Assembly (NCBI GenBank): GCA_965218435.1
Contig: CBDCKW010000009.1
Coordinates: 1,920,001 to 1,984,000, forward strand
DNA length: 64,000 bases
Direction: 5' to 3'
From: Truepera sp.
Lineage (GTDB): Bacteria > Deinococcota > Deinococci > Deinococcales > Trueperaceae
The position numbers were made by a program, and so were the translations under genes. Positions 36,775 through 47,414 of the stretch are shown here, piece after piece (the stretch's first letter is position 1; each line of letters opens with the position of its first letter). Below the pieces are notes generated by a model, which saw only the letters and a program-made list of their open reading frames with translations, had not been told where the DNA came from and did not search any database.

Positions 36775-37791
36775 ATGAGACGTGTAGGAATCGTAGGGGC
36801 AGGGCTGATCGGCAGCTGGCACGCCGAACGCTGGAAAAACTTGCCGGTTGAACTCGTCGGCTTTTACGACCACACTTTGAAACATGCCGAACGCGCCGCC
36901 GAGCAGTTTGGCGGGCAGGCGTTTTCTAGTTTGGATGAGCTTCTAGGGGCCGTTGACTTAGTTGACGTGTGTACCCCGACCTACGCCCACAAAGAAGGCG
37001 TGCTGGCAGCGGCAGCAGCGGGTAAAGACATTATCTGCGAAAAACCGATTGCGCGGCATCTCAAAGACGCTGAAGAGATGATCCAAGCGTGCGAAACGGC
37101 GGGCGTGCCGCTCTTTATCGCCCATGTGGTGCGCTTTTTTCCGCAATACGAAACGGCGAAAGCCTTGCAAGACAGTGGCGACCTCGGGCGTCCGGGTGTG
37201 CTGAGAACAGTGCGGGCCGGGAGCTTTCCGCGGACCGACCCGGACACCTGGTACAACAGCTTCGAGCAGGGCGGCGGCGTGGTGATGGATTTATCCATTC
37301 ACGATCTCGATTTTGCCCACTGGCTTTACGGCGAGGTCGAACGAGTGTTCGCGCACGGCCTGACGTTTTCCGGTGAGAGTATGCGCGACCAGTCGCTGAT
37401 TACGCTTCGGTTTAAGAACGGGGCGATTGGACATATTGAAGGGAGCTGGGCGTCGCCACCGGGACAATTTGTCACGTCGCTCGAGGTCGCCGGGGAAGGC
37501 ACCCTGCTCGAGTGGAGCGGCAGCGAGCCGCCGCCCTTTATCCTGCAAGTTGACGTAGCTAAAACCGGTGACGAGAAGATTCCGGGTTCGGATAATCCGC
37601 TCGTACCGACCGATGACCCCTATTACAAAGAGCTGAAGCATGTGTTGCACTGCCTAGATACCGGAGAGCCCTTTCTCGTCTCACCGCAAGACGGCCTGAT
37701 GGCGCTCAAGCTTTCGCTCGCAGCGATTGCTTCAGTCAAAACAGGGCAACCCGTTACAGTAGACACGTTTATCGAAGAGGTACTCGCATGA
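36775..37791 (+). CDS. Gfo/Idh/MocA oxidoreductase
   Basis: GAGLIG, CEKP, DLSIHDLD. Confidence 0.9.
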   Translation: MRRVGIVGAGLIGSWHAERWKNLPVELVGFYDHTLKHAERAAEQFGGQAFSSLDELLGAVDLVDVCTPTYAHKEGVLAAAAAGKDIICEKPIARHLKDAEEMIQACETAGVPLFIAHVVRFFPQYETAKALQDSGDLGRPGVLRTVRAGSFPRTDPDTWYNSFEQGGGVVMDLSIHDLDFAHWLYGEVERVFAHGLTFSGESMRDQSLITLRFKNGAIGHIEGSWASPPGQFVTSLEVAGEGTLLEWSGSEPPPFILQVDVAKTGDEKIPGSDNPLVPTDDPYYKELKHVLHCLDTGEPFLVSPQDGLMALKLSLAAIASVKTGQPVTVDTFIEEVLA

Positions 37792-38780
37792 CGGAGACAA
37801 AAACAAGTCCAAAAATTGGCATGATCAGCTTTGCTCACATGCACGCGCTGAGTTACGCGAACGCGCTGCAAACTCTGGGCGTCGGGATTGCTGGGATTTA
37901 CGACGACGCGGCAAGGGCTAAGGAGATGGCGGAGAACTTCGGCACGCAGGTGTTCAGTTCATTGGACGAGCTTTTTGCTGCCAATTTAGAAGGCGTGATC
38001 ATCTGTTCGGAAAACAGCAACCACCGCGAGCACGTTCTGGCAGCAGCGGGTAAAGTCCCGAATATCTTGTGCGAAAAGCCCATCGCTACGACGGTAGAAG
38101 CTGCTCAGGCAATGATTTCAGCGTGCGAACAAGCCGGGAGCAAATTGCAGATTGCGTTTCCGGTACGGTTTGCGCCGCCGGTTCAAAAACTCAAAGCGGT
38201 TTTAGACGAGGGCACGTTAGGCCGCCTCATCAGCGCAAAATGCACCAACCACGGGAAGATGCCCGGGGGCTGGTTTATTGACCGGGAGAAGGCGGGCGGC
38301 GGCGCGGTCATGGACCACACCGTCCACATCATTGACGTGCTGCGCTGGGCTTTAGACACAGAAGTCACCGAGGTCTACGCCGAAGTCGGCCACGGGCTGT
38401 TGCACGAGACCGACATAGATGACGCCGGGATGCTCTCGTTTAGACTGGAGAACGGCGTGTACGGCACGCTCGATACGAGCTGGTCACGACCCGACACGTA
38501 TCCAACCTGGGGCGACGTGACGATAGAGATTTTGGGTGAACGCGGGATAGCCACAGTTGACGCCTTTGACCAGAAGCTGACCTTGACCTCGGCACCGGCC
38601 CAAAAAACCGAGTGGATACCGTGGGGAAGCGACGCCGACTTGGGACTCGTCAAAGACTTTGTTGAGATGATCGAAACGGGCCGTGAACCCTCGATTACCG
38701 GTCAAGACGGCCTGAAAGCACTGGAAGTGGCGCTCGCCGCGTACCGCTCAGCTAACGAAACCAAACCCGTTGCACTGTAA
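37788..38780 (+). CDS. Gfo/Idh/MocA oxidoreductase
   Basis: SFAHMH, CEKP, GGGAVMDHTVH. Confidence 0.9.
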   Translation: MTETKTSPKIGMISFAHMHALSYANALQTLGVGIAGIYDDAARAKEMAENFGTQVFSSLDELFAANLEGVIICSENSNHREHVLAAAGKVPNILCEKPIATTVEAAQAMISACEQAGSKLQIAFPVRFAPPVQKLKAVLDEGTLGRLISAKCTNHGKMPGGWFIDREKAGGGAVMDHTVHIIDVLRWALDTEVTEVYAEVGHGLLHETDIDDAGMLSFRLENGVYGTLDTSWSRPDTYPTWGDVTIEILGERGIATVDAFDQKLTLTSAPAQKTEWIPWGSDADLGLVKDFVEMIETGREPSITGQDGLKALEVALAAYRSANETKPVAL

Positions 38781-38803
38781 GCTCACTTTTTGAAAGGAAA
38801 ACT

Positions 38804-39643
38804 ATGACCACTTTACGCCTCGGCGTCTCCTCGTACTCGTACTGGCACTTCGTCCCAGAAAAGGTTCCGCTTTCGGTCATTGTAGATAAAGCTGCCGACT
38901 CGGGGGTGATGGGGCTCGAGATTCTCCACCAGCAGCTCGAGAGTGAATCAAACAGCTATCTGCAAGACATCAAACGCCAAGCGTTTCGGCGTGGGCTGGC
39001 GCTCTACAACCTCGGCACGTCGCAAAACTTTATCGCTAAAGAGCAATCTGAGCGGCAAGAGCAGGTCGCGCACACGAAGCACTGTATTGACCTCGCGCAC
39101 GCACTCGGGGTGCCATCTATCCGGGTGAACGCCGGAACGTGGCAGTATCCCGGTGGGCCGGGGCTGGTTGAAAGCAAAGGTTGGACGCAGCCGTGGGACG
39201 GCTTCAGCGACGAGGACGGGTTTACCTGGGCTATCGAAGGTTTGGGCGCGTGCGTAGACTACGCTAAAGAGCAGGGCGTGATGCTCCTCTTGGAGAACCA
39301 CTGGGGTCTCACGACGACTGCGGCGGGGATGCTCCGGGTGTTAGAAGGCGTCAATTCGCCATGGCTCCGCGCAATTTTAGATATGGGAAACTTCTACTAC
39401 GACGGCGATATGTACGGGCCGATGGAGCGGGTTGCGCCGTATGTAGATTTGGCGCACGCGAAGACGTATCCGGGCGGCGGCTTGGTGTTTACGATTGATA
39501 TAGATTTTGCCCGCGTTTTCCGCATTCTGAAAAATGCCGGGTTTCAGGGGTACGTTTCGGTGGAGATGGAAGGCAAAGAGCACGCGGATACGGCGGTGCC
39601 GAAGAGTATTGAGGTGTTAGAAGAAGCGTGGGCAGAGTCTTAG
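38804..39643 (+). CDS. Sugar phosphate isomerase/epimerase (xylose-isomerase-like TIM barrel)
   Basis: LENHWG, LDMGNF, HAK, GYVSVEMEG. Confidence 0.85.
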   Translation: MTTLRLGVSSYSYWHFVPEKVPLSVIVDKAADSGVMGLEILHQQLESESNSYLQDIKRQAFRRGLALYNLGTSQNFIAKEQSERQEQVAHTKHCIDLAHALGVPSIRVNAGTWQYPGGPGLVESKGWTQPWDGFSDEDGFTWAIEGLGACVDYAKEQGVMLLLENHWGLTTTAAGMLRVLEGVNSPWLRAILDMGNFYYDGDMYGPMERVAPYVDLAHAKTYPGGGLVFTIDIDFARVFRILKNAGFQGYVSVEMEGKEHADTAVPKSIEVLEEAWAES

Positions 39644-39720
39644 TCACCGTAACGCCGTAGAGCATAGGGTTCTGCGCCCGCAACAGATAGCTCTACGACT
39701 TGTTACGTTAAAATACTGCT

Positions 39721-39999
39721 GTGAATTTCAGGTGGGACGCCCGTAAAGAAACATCAAATGAGCTAAAGCACGGCGTCACCTTTGAAGAGGCAAAAACGGT
39801 TTTCGACAACCCTCTTGCTGTCATTTTTGGGGACGAAGAACATTCAGCAGATGAAGCAAGGCAGATTATTGTGGGTCACTCCCGGCGTAACCGTATACTG
39901 GTCATCAGCTTTACTGAAAGGTCGAGGGCTGTTCGTATCATCAGCGCACGCCTGGCCACTGGAAAGGAGCAAAAAGACTATGAAGAAACCCTCGCCTGA
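39721..39999 (+). CDS. brnT: BrnT family ribonuclease toxin
   Basis: FRWD..K...N..KHGVTF, RIISAR.AT. Confidence 0.9.
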   Translation: MNFRWDARKETSNELKHGVTFEEAKTVFDNPLAVIFGDEEHSADEARQIIVGHSRRNRILVISFTERSRAVRIISARLATGKEQKDYEETLA

Positions 40000-40198
40000 A
40001 GATGATTTGCTACCTGAATACGACTTCGACTATACCAAAGCAAAACCCAACCGCTTCGCTTCGGACACCTCTCGGCGAACTGTCGCCGTACTTGATGAAG
40101 AGTTGTCAAAAGTTTTTACGACCACAGAAGCCGTCAACAAGGCTTTACGTGCGCTTGTCGAGGCTATCCCAGCACAATCCGATAAAGACGCAGCCTAG
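39980..40198 (+). CDS. BrnA-like antitoxin
   Basis: DDLLPEYDFDY..AKPNRF, AVNKALR; overlaps brnT. Confidence 0.8.
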   Translation: MKKPSPEDDLLPEYDFDYTKAKPNRFASDTSRRTVAVLDEELSKVFTTTEAVNKALRALVEAIPAQSDKDAA

Positions 40199-40235
40199 AA
40201 CCGCAATTTGCCAATCAAATGACTCGGCAACACCC

Positions 40236-41318
40236 TTAAAAGTCTGGAGTCGCCAACGCTTCCGGCCTTTTACACCGGCTACTTATCGTCACCGTCTGCC
40301 CGGTTTCAGCAGCTTCGAGCGTCGCCAGCATGACCTCGAGCCCATGTAGCGCAAAGCGCCCATCGGCCCGGTGCGGTCTCCCCTGTTCAATAGCTGAGAC
40401 CAAATCTGCTAAGGCCAAGCCCCAACCGGACTCGAGGGTGTCAAACCGGTGGACGAGCGGTTCCTCCCGCCAGGTTTTTTCGCCCGCTTCACGCACCCGC
40501 ACCGGCCCGTCCATCGCGTTGGGCGCGGCCAAACTGAGGGTGCCGTCCGCGCCGTAAACCTCAAATTTGGGCTGCTCGGTGGCCCAGACATCGAACGAAG
40601 TCGTCAGCGTGCCGATAACGCCGCTTTCAAATTCCAACGTGCTGACGATATGCGTCGGCGTCGTGACTTTGAACGTTGTGCCAGCGAGCGGCTGGGAGGT
40701 AATCGTGCGTTCCGGGAAACTGATGCGGCTCATCCCGGCGACGTGCGCGACCGGCCCCAAAAGCGCGACGAGCGCCGCGACGTAGTACGGCCCGATGTCA
40801 AACATCGGGCCAGCACCGGGTTCGTAAAAAAATGCCGGGTTCGGGTGCCACGTTTCCATCCCGTGACTGAGCATCGCCGCGTGAAAGGCGACGGGTAGAC
40901 CGATGGCAGACTCGTCCAGGAGTTTACGGCAGGTTTGCACTGCCGCACCTAAAAAGGTCGAGGGGGCACACGCAACGCGCAAACCCTTAGCGTCAGCCAG
41001 CTCGAGCAACCCCTGAGCATCCTCTAGCGACGTAGCAAGCGGTTTTTCGCTGTAGACGTGTTTGCCCGCTTCCAGCACCGCTTTAGAAACCGCCGCGTGG
41101 ACTTGCGGCACGGTTAAATTGACGATAACTTCGATTTCGGGATGCTCGAGCAGTTCAGAGACCGGCAGAACTTCAGGGATGTTGAACTCGGCGGCTCTGG
41201 CCCGCGCCACGTCCATATCGAGGTCGCTGCAGGCGATGAACTCGAGCTCCGGAAAATACTTTGCCGCCCGAAAGTAGAACGGGCTGATGTTGCCACAACC
41301 GATCACACCTAGTTTCAC
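40236..41318 (-). CDS. Gfo/Idh/MocA oxidoreductase
   Basis: GCGNIS, YSEKP, WHPNP, GPMFDIGPYY. Confidence 0.9.
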   Translation of the reverse strand: MKLGVIGCGNISPFYFRAAKYFPELEFIACSDLDMDVARARAAEFNIPEVLPVSELLEHPEIEVIVNLTVPQVHAAVSKAVLEAGKHVYSEKPLATSLEDAQGLLELADAKGLRVACAPSTFLGAAVQTCRKLLDESAIGLPVAFHAAMLSHGMETWHPNPAFFYEPGAGPMFDIGPYYVAALVALLGPVAHVAGMSRISFPERTITSQPLAGTTFKVTTPTHIVSTLEFESGVIGTLTTSFDVWATEQPKFEVYGADGTLSLAAPNAMDGPVRVREAGEKTWREEPLVHRFDTLESGWGLALADLVSAIEQGRPHRADGRFALHGLEVMLATLEAAETGQTVTISSRCKRPEALATPDF

Positions 41319-41347
41319 CTAAATCTCCTTTACACTCCACATAATCT

Positions 41348-42535
41348 CTAAACTTTTACGGCGACAGAGACCGTTTTATGGGTACCGTAACGAACGAGCG
41401 CCTCGTGCGCGACAAACTGCAACACTGCTAAAACGACCAACCCCGGTGCAATCAGCGCCGCGCCGCCCCAATCGGCAACCCCACTCAGCACCCCCGGCAG
41501 CGCCGCCGACCCTAAAGACCCCGCCGCGACCTGAATCCCAATCGCGTGAGCACTCAGCGCGGGGCCGACGAGCGCCGGAGTCCGTGATACCGAAGTCGGA
41601 TAGACCGGCGCAAGCGTCAAACCCATCACGGCGACCCCGAGAAAACTTACGAGCGGCAGCGGGGCAAACCACAACAGCACTGCGCCGACAACAGTCCCGG
41701 CGGTACAAAAGCGCAGGAGCCTCGAGCTGCCCACGCGGTCTACCACCGCGCCCATCAACAACCTGCCGACGGTGATACACGCCCAGTAAAGCGCCGCCGC
41801 GTTGCCCGCGATTTCAGCAGGCACGCCCCGGCCCAAATTGAGAAGACTGCTGCTGAGCTGACCGGCACTGACTGAGGTACCGGTGTGCGTAAAAAAGAGC
41901 GCCATCCCCAGCCAGGTGACGCCGAGAGTGAGGGTTACACGCAGGCTAGCTTTGGCTGTTTCTGCCACGCCCGCCTCGGCTTCGGTAGCCTTGAAACGCA
42001 GCGGCGGCCACAGCTGCCGGTAGCGGAGCATCAGGACGATAAGCACAAAGTAAACCCCGGCAATCCCGGCGTAGACCCAGCGCCACGGTAAACCCAGTGA
42101 AAATACCCAGAGCGTAAACAAAAAGGGGCCGAGGCTCGAGCCCAGCCCGTAAAAGGCGTGCAGCCAGTTCATCCGGCTGGCAGGATAGTGCGCGGCGACA
42201 AAGGTATTGAGGCCAGCGTTGAGCATCCCGACCCCAACTCCTAAAATGAGCGTCGAAACGACAACGAGCGGCCACGACGACCCCAGATAACCGAGCAGGC
42301 CGACTAGAGCCAACACGCTGCCGAGTGTGCAGTACGACGAGGTTCGCAGACGGGCAAGGATGGGGCCGCTTGAGAGACTTGAAACCAACCCCCCCAGCAT
42401 CAGCGCCGCAATCAGCAGCCCGACCGCGCCCAGAGATTGTCCGAACACCGGACGCAGCACCAGCCACGCCGCGCCGAGCACGTTGTTTGACAGTCCTACT
42501 GCGACAAACCCCAGATACGCCGTCCAGAGCGGCAC
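41348..42535 (-). CDS. MFS transporter
   Basis: About 12 TM segments; MNWLHAFYGLG. Confidence 0.85.
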   Translation of the reverse strand: MPLWTAYLGFVAVGLSNNVLGAAWLVLRPVFGQSLGAVGLLIAALMLGGLVSSLSSGPILARLRTSSYCTLGSVLALVGLLGYLGSSWPLVVVSTLILGVGVGMLNAGLNTFVAAHYPASRMNWLHAFYGLGSSLGPFLFTLWVFSLGLPWRWVYAGIAGVYFVLIVLMLRYRQLWPPLRFKATEAEAGVAETAKASLRVTLTLGVTWLGMALFFTHTGTSVSAGQLSSSLLNLGRGVPAEIAGNAAALYWACITVGRLLMGAVVDRVGSSRLLRFCTAGTVVGAVLLWFAPLPLVSFLGVAVMGLTLAPVYPTSVSRTPALVGPALSAHAIGIQVAAGSLGSAALPGVLSGVADWGGAALIAPGLVVLAVLQFVAHEALVRYGTHKTVSVAVKV

Positions 42536-42564
42536 AGAACCACCTGAATTGAGCCTGGAAGCTG

Positions 42565-42768
42565 CTATTTGCTACCGCCCCCCCACCCTCGAGCGAGAAA
42601 TGCTAAAATTACCAGCACCAACCCGATGATAAGCGAGAGCACCGAGACGACGAACTCGGCGCTGTCTCGGGGAACCCATACGAGCAGCAGGAGCGACAAC
42701 ACGACGATAAACATCCCGGCCCTGGCAAACAGCTTGAGGCCGTCACCGGACATATGGGGCACGTTCAA
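42565..42768 (-). CDS. Small two-TM hypothetical protein
   Basis: Two hydrophobic helices linked by PRDSAEF; true start may be ATG 42753. Confidence 0.55.
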   Translation of the reverse strand: MNVPHMSGDGLKLFARAGMFIVVLSLLLLVWVPRDSAEFVVSVLSLIIGLVLVILAFLARGWGGGSK

Positions 42769-42773
42769 AATTA

Positions 42774-42934
42774 GGGTGTGTTGTCAGCTGGTGTTTTGGA
42801 CACACTTTTAAGTTCATTGTAGCTATCAATGGTTCGCGGCTTTCTGACTGCTGAGTGACTGCTGAGTTCTGACTACTGGGTGCTGACGTCTAGCACAGCG
42901 GAAACGGTACTGGAAAGGTAGAATCAAGAGAACC
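42774..42934. mobile_element. MITE family 1, diverged copy (161 bp)
   Basis: (TA)GGGTGTGTTGTC...ATCAAGAGAACC(TA); similar length; heptamer repeats inside. Confidence 0.45.
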
Positions 42935-43983
42935 TAATCGCTATAGGGCTCGAGCCTGCCGCCCGCCGTCAGCGGGATACACGCGACCTGCGCCGTACTG
43001 CCTGAAACGTCACCTAGTTCCGGCTCCTCGGCGTCACAACGCCCCGGTTCAAAAAAAGGACAACGCGGATGAAAGGTGCAGCCTGCGGGCAGCGCCGTCA
43101 AACTCGGCACATCTTCACTGCGCAGGTTTAAGATTTCTTTGTGCCGCGTCCGGTCCGGGTCGGGTTCAGGGATGGCCGCGAGGAGCGTTTTGGTGTACGG
43201 GTGCTGCGGTCGTTCGGTGACCTCACGCGTCGGCCCGACTTCGACCACGCGGCCCAGATACATCACGGCAATCCGCCCTTCCCAGGCAAAATACTTCGCC
43301 AGCGCGAGGTCGTGGGTGATAAAAACGATCGTCAGAGAGAGCGTTTCACGCATCTTCATCAGCGTATTTAAGATCGAGATACGGATCGAGACGTCTACCA
43401 TACTGACCGCTTCGTCGGCGACGATGACTTTGGGTTCGGTCGTGAGCGCCCGTGCAATTGAAACCCTTTGGCGTTGCCCGCCCGAAAGTTGATGCGGATA
43501 TTTACCGATGATGTCGGCGGTCGGCGTCAGGCCGACCAACTCTAACAGTTCTTCAGCTCGCACGCGGGCCGCTTTACGGTTTTTGGCGAAGCCGTGCCGC
43601 AAGAGCGGATAACTCATGATGTTAGAGACGCTCTGCGTCGGGTTTAGCGACGCGTAGGGGTCTTGGTGGATAATCTGTACGGCGCGGCGGTAACGGGTAT
43701 ACGCTTCGCCGTGCAGCGTGCTCACGTCTTGCCCTTCAAAAAGAACCTGTCCGGCGGTCGGAGCCAGGAGCCCCGACAAGATTTTGCCGGTCGTCGTTTT
43801 GCCGCAGCCCGATTCACCGACCAAACAGAGGAACTCGAGCCCGTTGACCCTCAAATCCACGTCTCTAAGAACCGGCACGACGGTGCGCTCTTTGCGAAAG
43901 TCACGCCCGACCCTTCTAAACTCGAGGAGCGGCGCAGCTCCCGGTGCGGTTTGGCTTGTTATCTGCTCAGCTACCAGCGTCAT
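42934..43983 (-). CDS. Dpp/Opp ABC transporter ATPase (F-type)
   Basis: GESGCGKTT, LSGGQRQR, HPYT, GCTFHPRCP. Confidence 0.92.
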   Translation of the reverse strand: MTLVAEQITSQTAPGAAPLLEFRRVGRDFRKERTVVPVLRDVDLRVNGLEFLCLVGESGCGKTTTGKILSGLLAPTAGQVLFEGQDVSTLHGEAYTRYRRAVQIIHQDPYASLNPTQSVSNIMSYPLLRHGFAKNRKAARVRAEELLELVGLTPTADIIGKYPHQLSGGQRQRVSIARALTTEPKVIVADEAVSMVDVSIRISILNTLMKMRETLSLTIVFITHDLALAKYFAWEGRIAVMYLGRVVEVGPTREVTERPQHPYTKTLLAAIPEPDPDRTRHKEILNLRSEDVPSLTALPAGCTFHPRCPFFEPGRCDAEEPELGDVSGSTAQVACIPLTAGGRLEPYSD

Positions 43984-45041
43984 TGCTTCACAACTGCCGT
44001 ATCTTTTGGTGTTTTGTCCCACAACCCTTGACGCGCCTCGATAACTTTATCCGTATGCCAGCACGCCGCTGCGTGCGCCTTGCCAAAGTCCACGAGCGGT
44101 GGGTCTTCGCTTTTGCACTTTTCACTGGCGAAGGGGCAGCGCGGGTGAAACTTGCATCCCGGCGGCGGATCGATCAGGTCGGGCGGGGTCCCGGCGATGC
44201 TGACGAGCTCGAGCGACCCGCTCAGGCGCGGCACGGAGCGCAGGAGCCCGAGCGTGTAGGGGTGGAGCGGTTCGTAAAAGATATCGTCCACTGCGCCCAT
44301 TTCGACGATTTCGCCCGCGTACATCGTCGCTACGCGGTCGGCCATCTCCGCCGCGAGCGCCAGGTCGTGACTGATAAAAATGATCGAGAATCCTAGACGT
44401 TCTTGCATTTCGGAGAGTACATCAATAATCGCGCGTTGCGTCAAGATGTCTAACGCCGTCGTCGGCTCGTCTAAAATCACGACCTGCGGGTCCAAGAGCA
44501 CACCCAAGGCTAAGAGTGCCCGCTGTTTCATCCCGCCGGAGAGCTCATGCGGGTAGCTGTTCCAAACGCGTTCGGGGTCCAAACGGACGAGCTTAAAAAG
44601 TTCCAACGTCCGCTCTTTAACTTTCGCCGCGCTGCGTTCGCCGTGCGCCCTAGCCGTATCCAAAAACTGCTCGTAAATCCGGAGCACCGGATTAAAGGCA
44701 TTTTGCGCACCCTGAAAGACCATCGCGCACTCGTTCCAGCGAAACCGCCGCAGCTCGCGTTCGCTCATCGCCAAAACGTCTTGGGTACGGCCGCTTTTAA
44801 CGTAATGGACGCTTCCTTGGGTGACTTTAGCTGCGCGCACGAGCATCCGGATCAGCGCCAGCGACAAGGTAGTTTTGCCGCTCCCCGATTCACCGATAAG
44901 TGCCAGCGCCTCGCCTCGGTGCAGCGTAAACGTCACGTCGTTCACCGCCCGAACCGCGCCGCGTGACGCGGCGTAAGCGACCGAGAGGTTGGCGACCTCG
45001 AGCACCTTCTCCGCCGTCTTTAAAGTAGTCTGGCTCGCCAT
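43980..45041 (-). CDS. Dpp/Opp ABC transporter ATPase (D-type)
   Basis: GESGSGKTT, LSGGMKQR, DEPTTALD; TGATG coupling at 45041. Confidence 0.92.
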   Translation of the reverse strand: MASQTTLKTAEKVLEVANLSVAYAASRGAVRAVNDVTFTLHRGEALALIGESGSGKTTLSLALIRMLVRAAKVTQGSVHYVKSGRTQDVLAMSERELRRFRWNECAMVFQGAQNAFNPVLRIYEQFLDTARAHGERSAAKVKERTLELFKLVRLDPERVWNSYPHELSGGMKQRALLALGVLLDPQVVILDEPTTALDILTQRAIIDVLSEMQERLGFSIIFISHDLALAAEMADRVATMYAGEIVEMGAVDDIFYEPLHPYTLGLLRSVPRLSGSLELVSIAGTPPDLIDPPPGCKFHPRCPFASEKCKSEDPPLVDFGKAHAAACWHTDKVIEARQGLWDKTPKDTAVVKQ

Positions 45042-46207
45042 CAAGCCGTCCTCAACCGGGGATCGAAGACTTCTTCCAAAGCTCGAGCAAACATCACCAT
45101 GCTCACCTGAAAAAGCGCAATCGCTATCACGGGCGCGAGTACCATCGCCGCGCTGTCGGGGCTGAATAACGCGCCCCGCGTCCGCCCGAAATAGAGCATC
45201 ACGCCCCATGAATAGTCGTTGATCGGGGCCATTCCCAGAAAGATCAGGCCGATCTGATCATACATCGCAACAGTCACCGCTAAAATCAGATTGATCAGCA
45301 CAAAGCTCATCATATTCGGCAGGATTTCACGGACGATGATGTGGCGGCGACCCAGGTCAAGCGCCCGCGCCGCCTCGACATAGTCGCGTTCACGCAAACT
45401 AAGCACCTGCGCCCGTATCGCCCGCATCAAGGCGGGCCAGACCAAAAGACCGATCAGGGTCGCTAACAGCACGATGTTATTCAAGGTAAAGAGCGCGGCC
45501 AACACGATAAGAAGCGGAAACTTGGGGAGCACCAGGATAAAGTTGGCGAGCGCCGTCAGCACCTTGTCTACCGGACCGCCGACGAGCGCGGCGAGCGATC
45601 CCAGCAAAACCGCAATCGTCGTTGAAATGAGACCCGCTAAAAGTGCGGTGACGATGAGCGTCCGGCCCCCATTGACGATGTGGCTGAAGATGTCGCGCCC
45701 CTGCGTATCGGTGCCGAGCAGGTGCCGGGGGCCGAGCGCCGCGTTCGAGACCGCTAGGTTGGGAAAATCGGTACCGGGGCCGATAGGGTAGGTTTTGAGC
45801 GATTCGGAAAAGAGCACGAGTGCGCCCAGCTTATTGTCCACCAGGTCTTGCAAACCATCCTCGACACCCGAACCGCGGCGGTAGTCTTCGGTACCTTCAA
45901 AGGTATCTTCCAGAGGTTTGACCAAATCTTCGCCCGCTGAACGCTTGACGTAGCCGACAATTTGACCGTTGAGTTTATCCAATGAGGTATAGACATTGGC
46001 GTCAGCAGCGCGGGTGACGAGTTCTAACCGTGACCCCGGCGGCGCGTTGACCTGATCGGTTTTGACCTCGCTGTCAAACGGCACGAAGAGCGGGCCGACA
46101 AAAACCAGCAGCGCGTAAAAGACCAGGCCGATAAACCCGATCAGTCCGGCTCTCGTCCGGCCTAACGCCCGAAAAAACCGTGCTATACCACCCATTAGCC
46201 CGCCCAT
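45041..46207 (-). CDS. Dpp/Opp ABC permease (C-type) with an extracytoplasmic insertion
   Basis: HLLGTDTQGRD, YVEAARALDLG EAA loop. Confidence 0.9.
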   Translation of the reverse strand: MGGLMGGIARFFRALGRTRAGLIGFIGLVFYALLVFVGPLFVPFDSEVKTDQVNAPPGSRLELVTRAADANVYTSLDKLNGQIVGYVKRSAGEDLVKPLEDTFEGTEDYRRGSGVEDGLQDLVDNKLGALVLFSESLKTYPIGPGTDFPNLAVSNAALGPRHLLGTDTQGRDIFSHIVNGGRTLIVTALLAGLISTTIAVLLGSLAALVGGPVDKVLTALANFILVLPKFPLLIVLAALFTLNNIVLLATLIGLLVWPALMRAIRAQVLSLRERDYVEAARALDLGRRHIIVREILPNMMSFVLINLILAVTVAMYDQIGLIFLGMAPINDYSWGVMLYFGRTRGALFSPDSAAMVLAPVIAIALFQVSMVMFARALEEVFDPRLRTA

Positions 46208-47280
46208 CAGCGGTCTCCTTCAACCCTGACTCTGGGGTCAAGGCGGCTATAGAGCAGATCAGCCAAGATGTTGGCCGCCACCACCGAAATGGCGATTACC
46301 AAAAACACCCCCTGCATCGAGGTGTAGTCGCGCTGTGAGATAGAGAAAAATAAAAAGCTTCCGATACCCTTATAGACAAACAGTTCTTCGATAATGACGC
46401 CCGCGCCGAAGACCAAGCCGATATTGACCGCGAGCAGCGTAAAGAGCGGGAGCGCCGCGTTACGCCCGACGTAGGTTCCGGCGATACGCCCCGGCGACAA
46501 GCCTCTGGCACGCGCCACATTCACATAATCTTCGCCTAGGACACTGATGGTGCTGCTCCGCATATTGAGCGTCCAGCTGCCGAGTGTGCCGATGATATAA
46601 ACCAAAATCGGTAAAAAAGCGTGGCTGAGTACGCTCCAGATAAACGCCGGGGTCAAACCAGGGGTCAAACTGGGGTCATAGGTTCCGCGCAACGCCCCGA
46701 TATTAAACCACTGAAGTTGCACCCCAAAAATCACTAAGATAAGCAGGCCCCAGATATAATCCGGGACTGCGCTCAAGATCGCTGCAAAAAACGAAATAAA
46801 GGTGTCGAGTACCGAGTTGCGGTAGTAGGCGATCAACATCCCGAACAGCATCCCGATCACAAAGCTGAGCAGCAGCCCAAGCCCGACACAAAAGAGTGTC
46901 CACGGCAGATAACGCGCAATTTGGTCAATCACCTGCGTGCCGGTCGAGGTGATGGACTGCCCCAAATCGCCGCGCACGAGGTCACCCAAGTAACCCAGAT
47001 ATTGCTGAAACACGCTCGCGGTCGGGTCAAACGAAAATTGCGACGCGGCTTGCTGCATCGCTTCACTATAGGTCAGGTTTGACTGGTTCATCAAAAAGCC
47101 CACGTACACGTCAACGGGGTTACCGGGCATCAGCCGGATCAGAAAAAAAGTAAAGGTCACCACCGCCCAGATGGTCAAGAGCGCCTGTAAGAGGGTGCGG
47201 ACGGCGTAGCTCGAGACCACCCGCTGCAGCCAGTTACTCTGCAGCGGCGGGGGACCAGACAACGACTTAGTGGTTTGCAT
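46207..47280 (-). CDS. Dpp/Opp ABC permease (B-type)
   Basis: MPGNP, GDLGQS, EDYVNVARARGL. Confidence 0.92.
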   Translation of the reverse strand: MQTTKSLSGPPPLQSNWLQRVVSSYAVRTLLQALLTIWAVVTFTFFLIRLMPGNPVDVYVGFLMNQSNLTYSEAMQQAASQFSFDPTASVFQQYLGYLGDLVRGDLGQSITSTGTQVIDQIARYLPWTLFCVGLGLLLSFVIGMLFGMLIAYYRNSVLDTFISFFAAILSAVPDYIWGLLILVIFGVQLQWFNIGALRGTYDPSLTPGLTPAFIWSVLSHAFLPILVYIIGTLGSWTLNMRSSTISVLGEDYVNVARARGLSPGRIAGTYVGRNAALPLFTLLAVNIGLVFGAGVIIEELFVYKGIGSFLFFSISQRDYTSMQGVFLVIAISVVAANILADLLYSRLDPRVRVEGDR

Positions 47281-47414
47281 ACTCTGCAGTAACCAAATAT
47301 GAACCGAGCATCGTCACGTAAGTTGACCTCTCACAAAAAAAGTGTTTATCTCCGCTGGGCCTATAGTCTTGAATACGCCTCCGCATAGGTCAATGATGGA
47401 TCAATAATAAAGGG

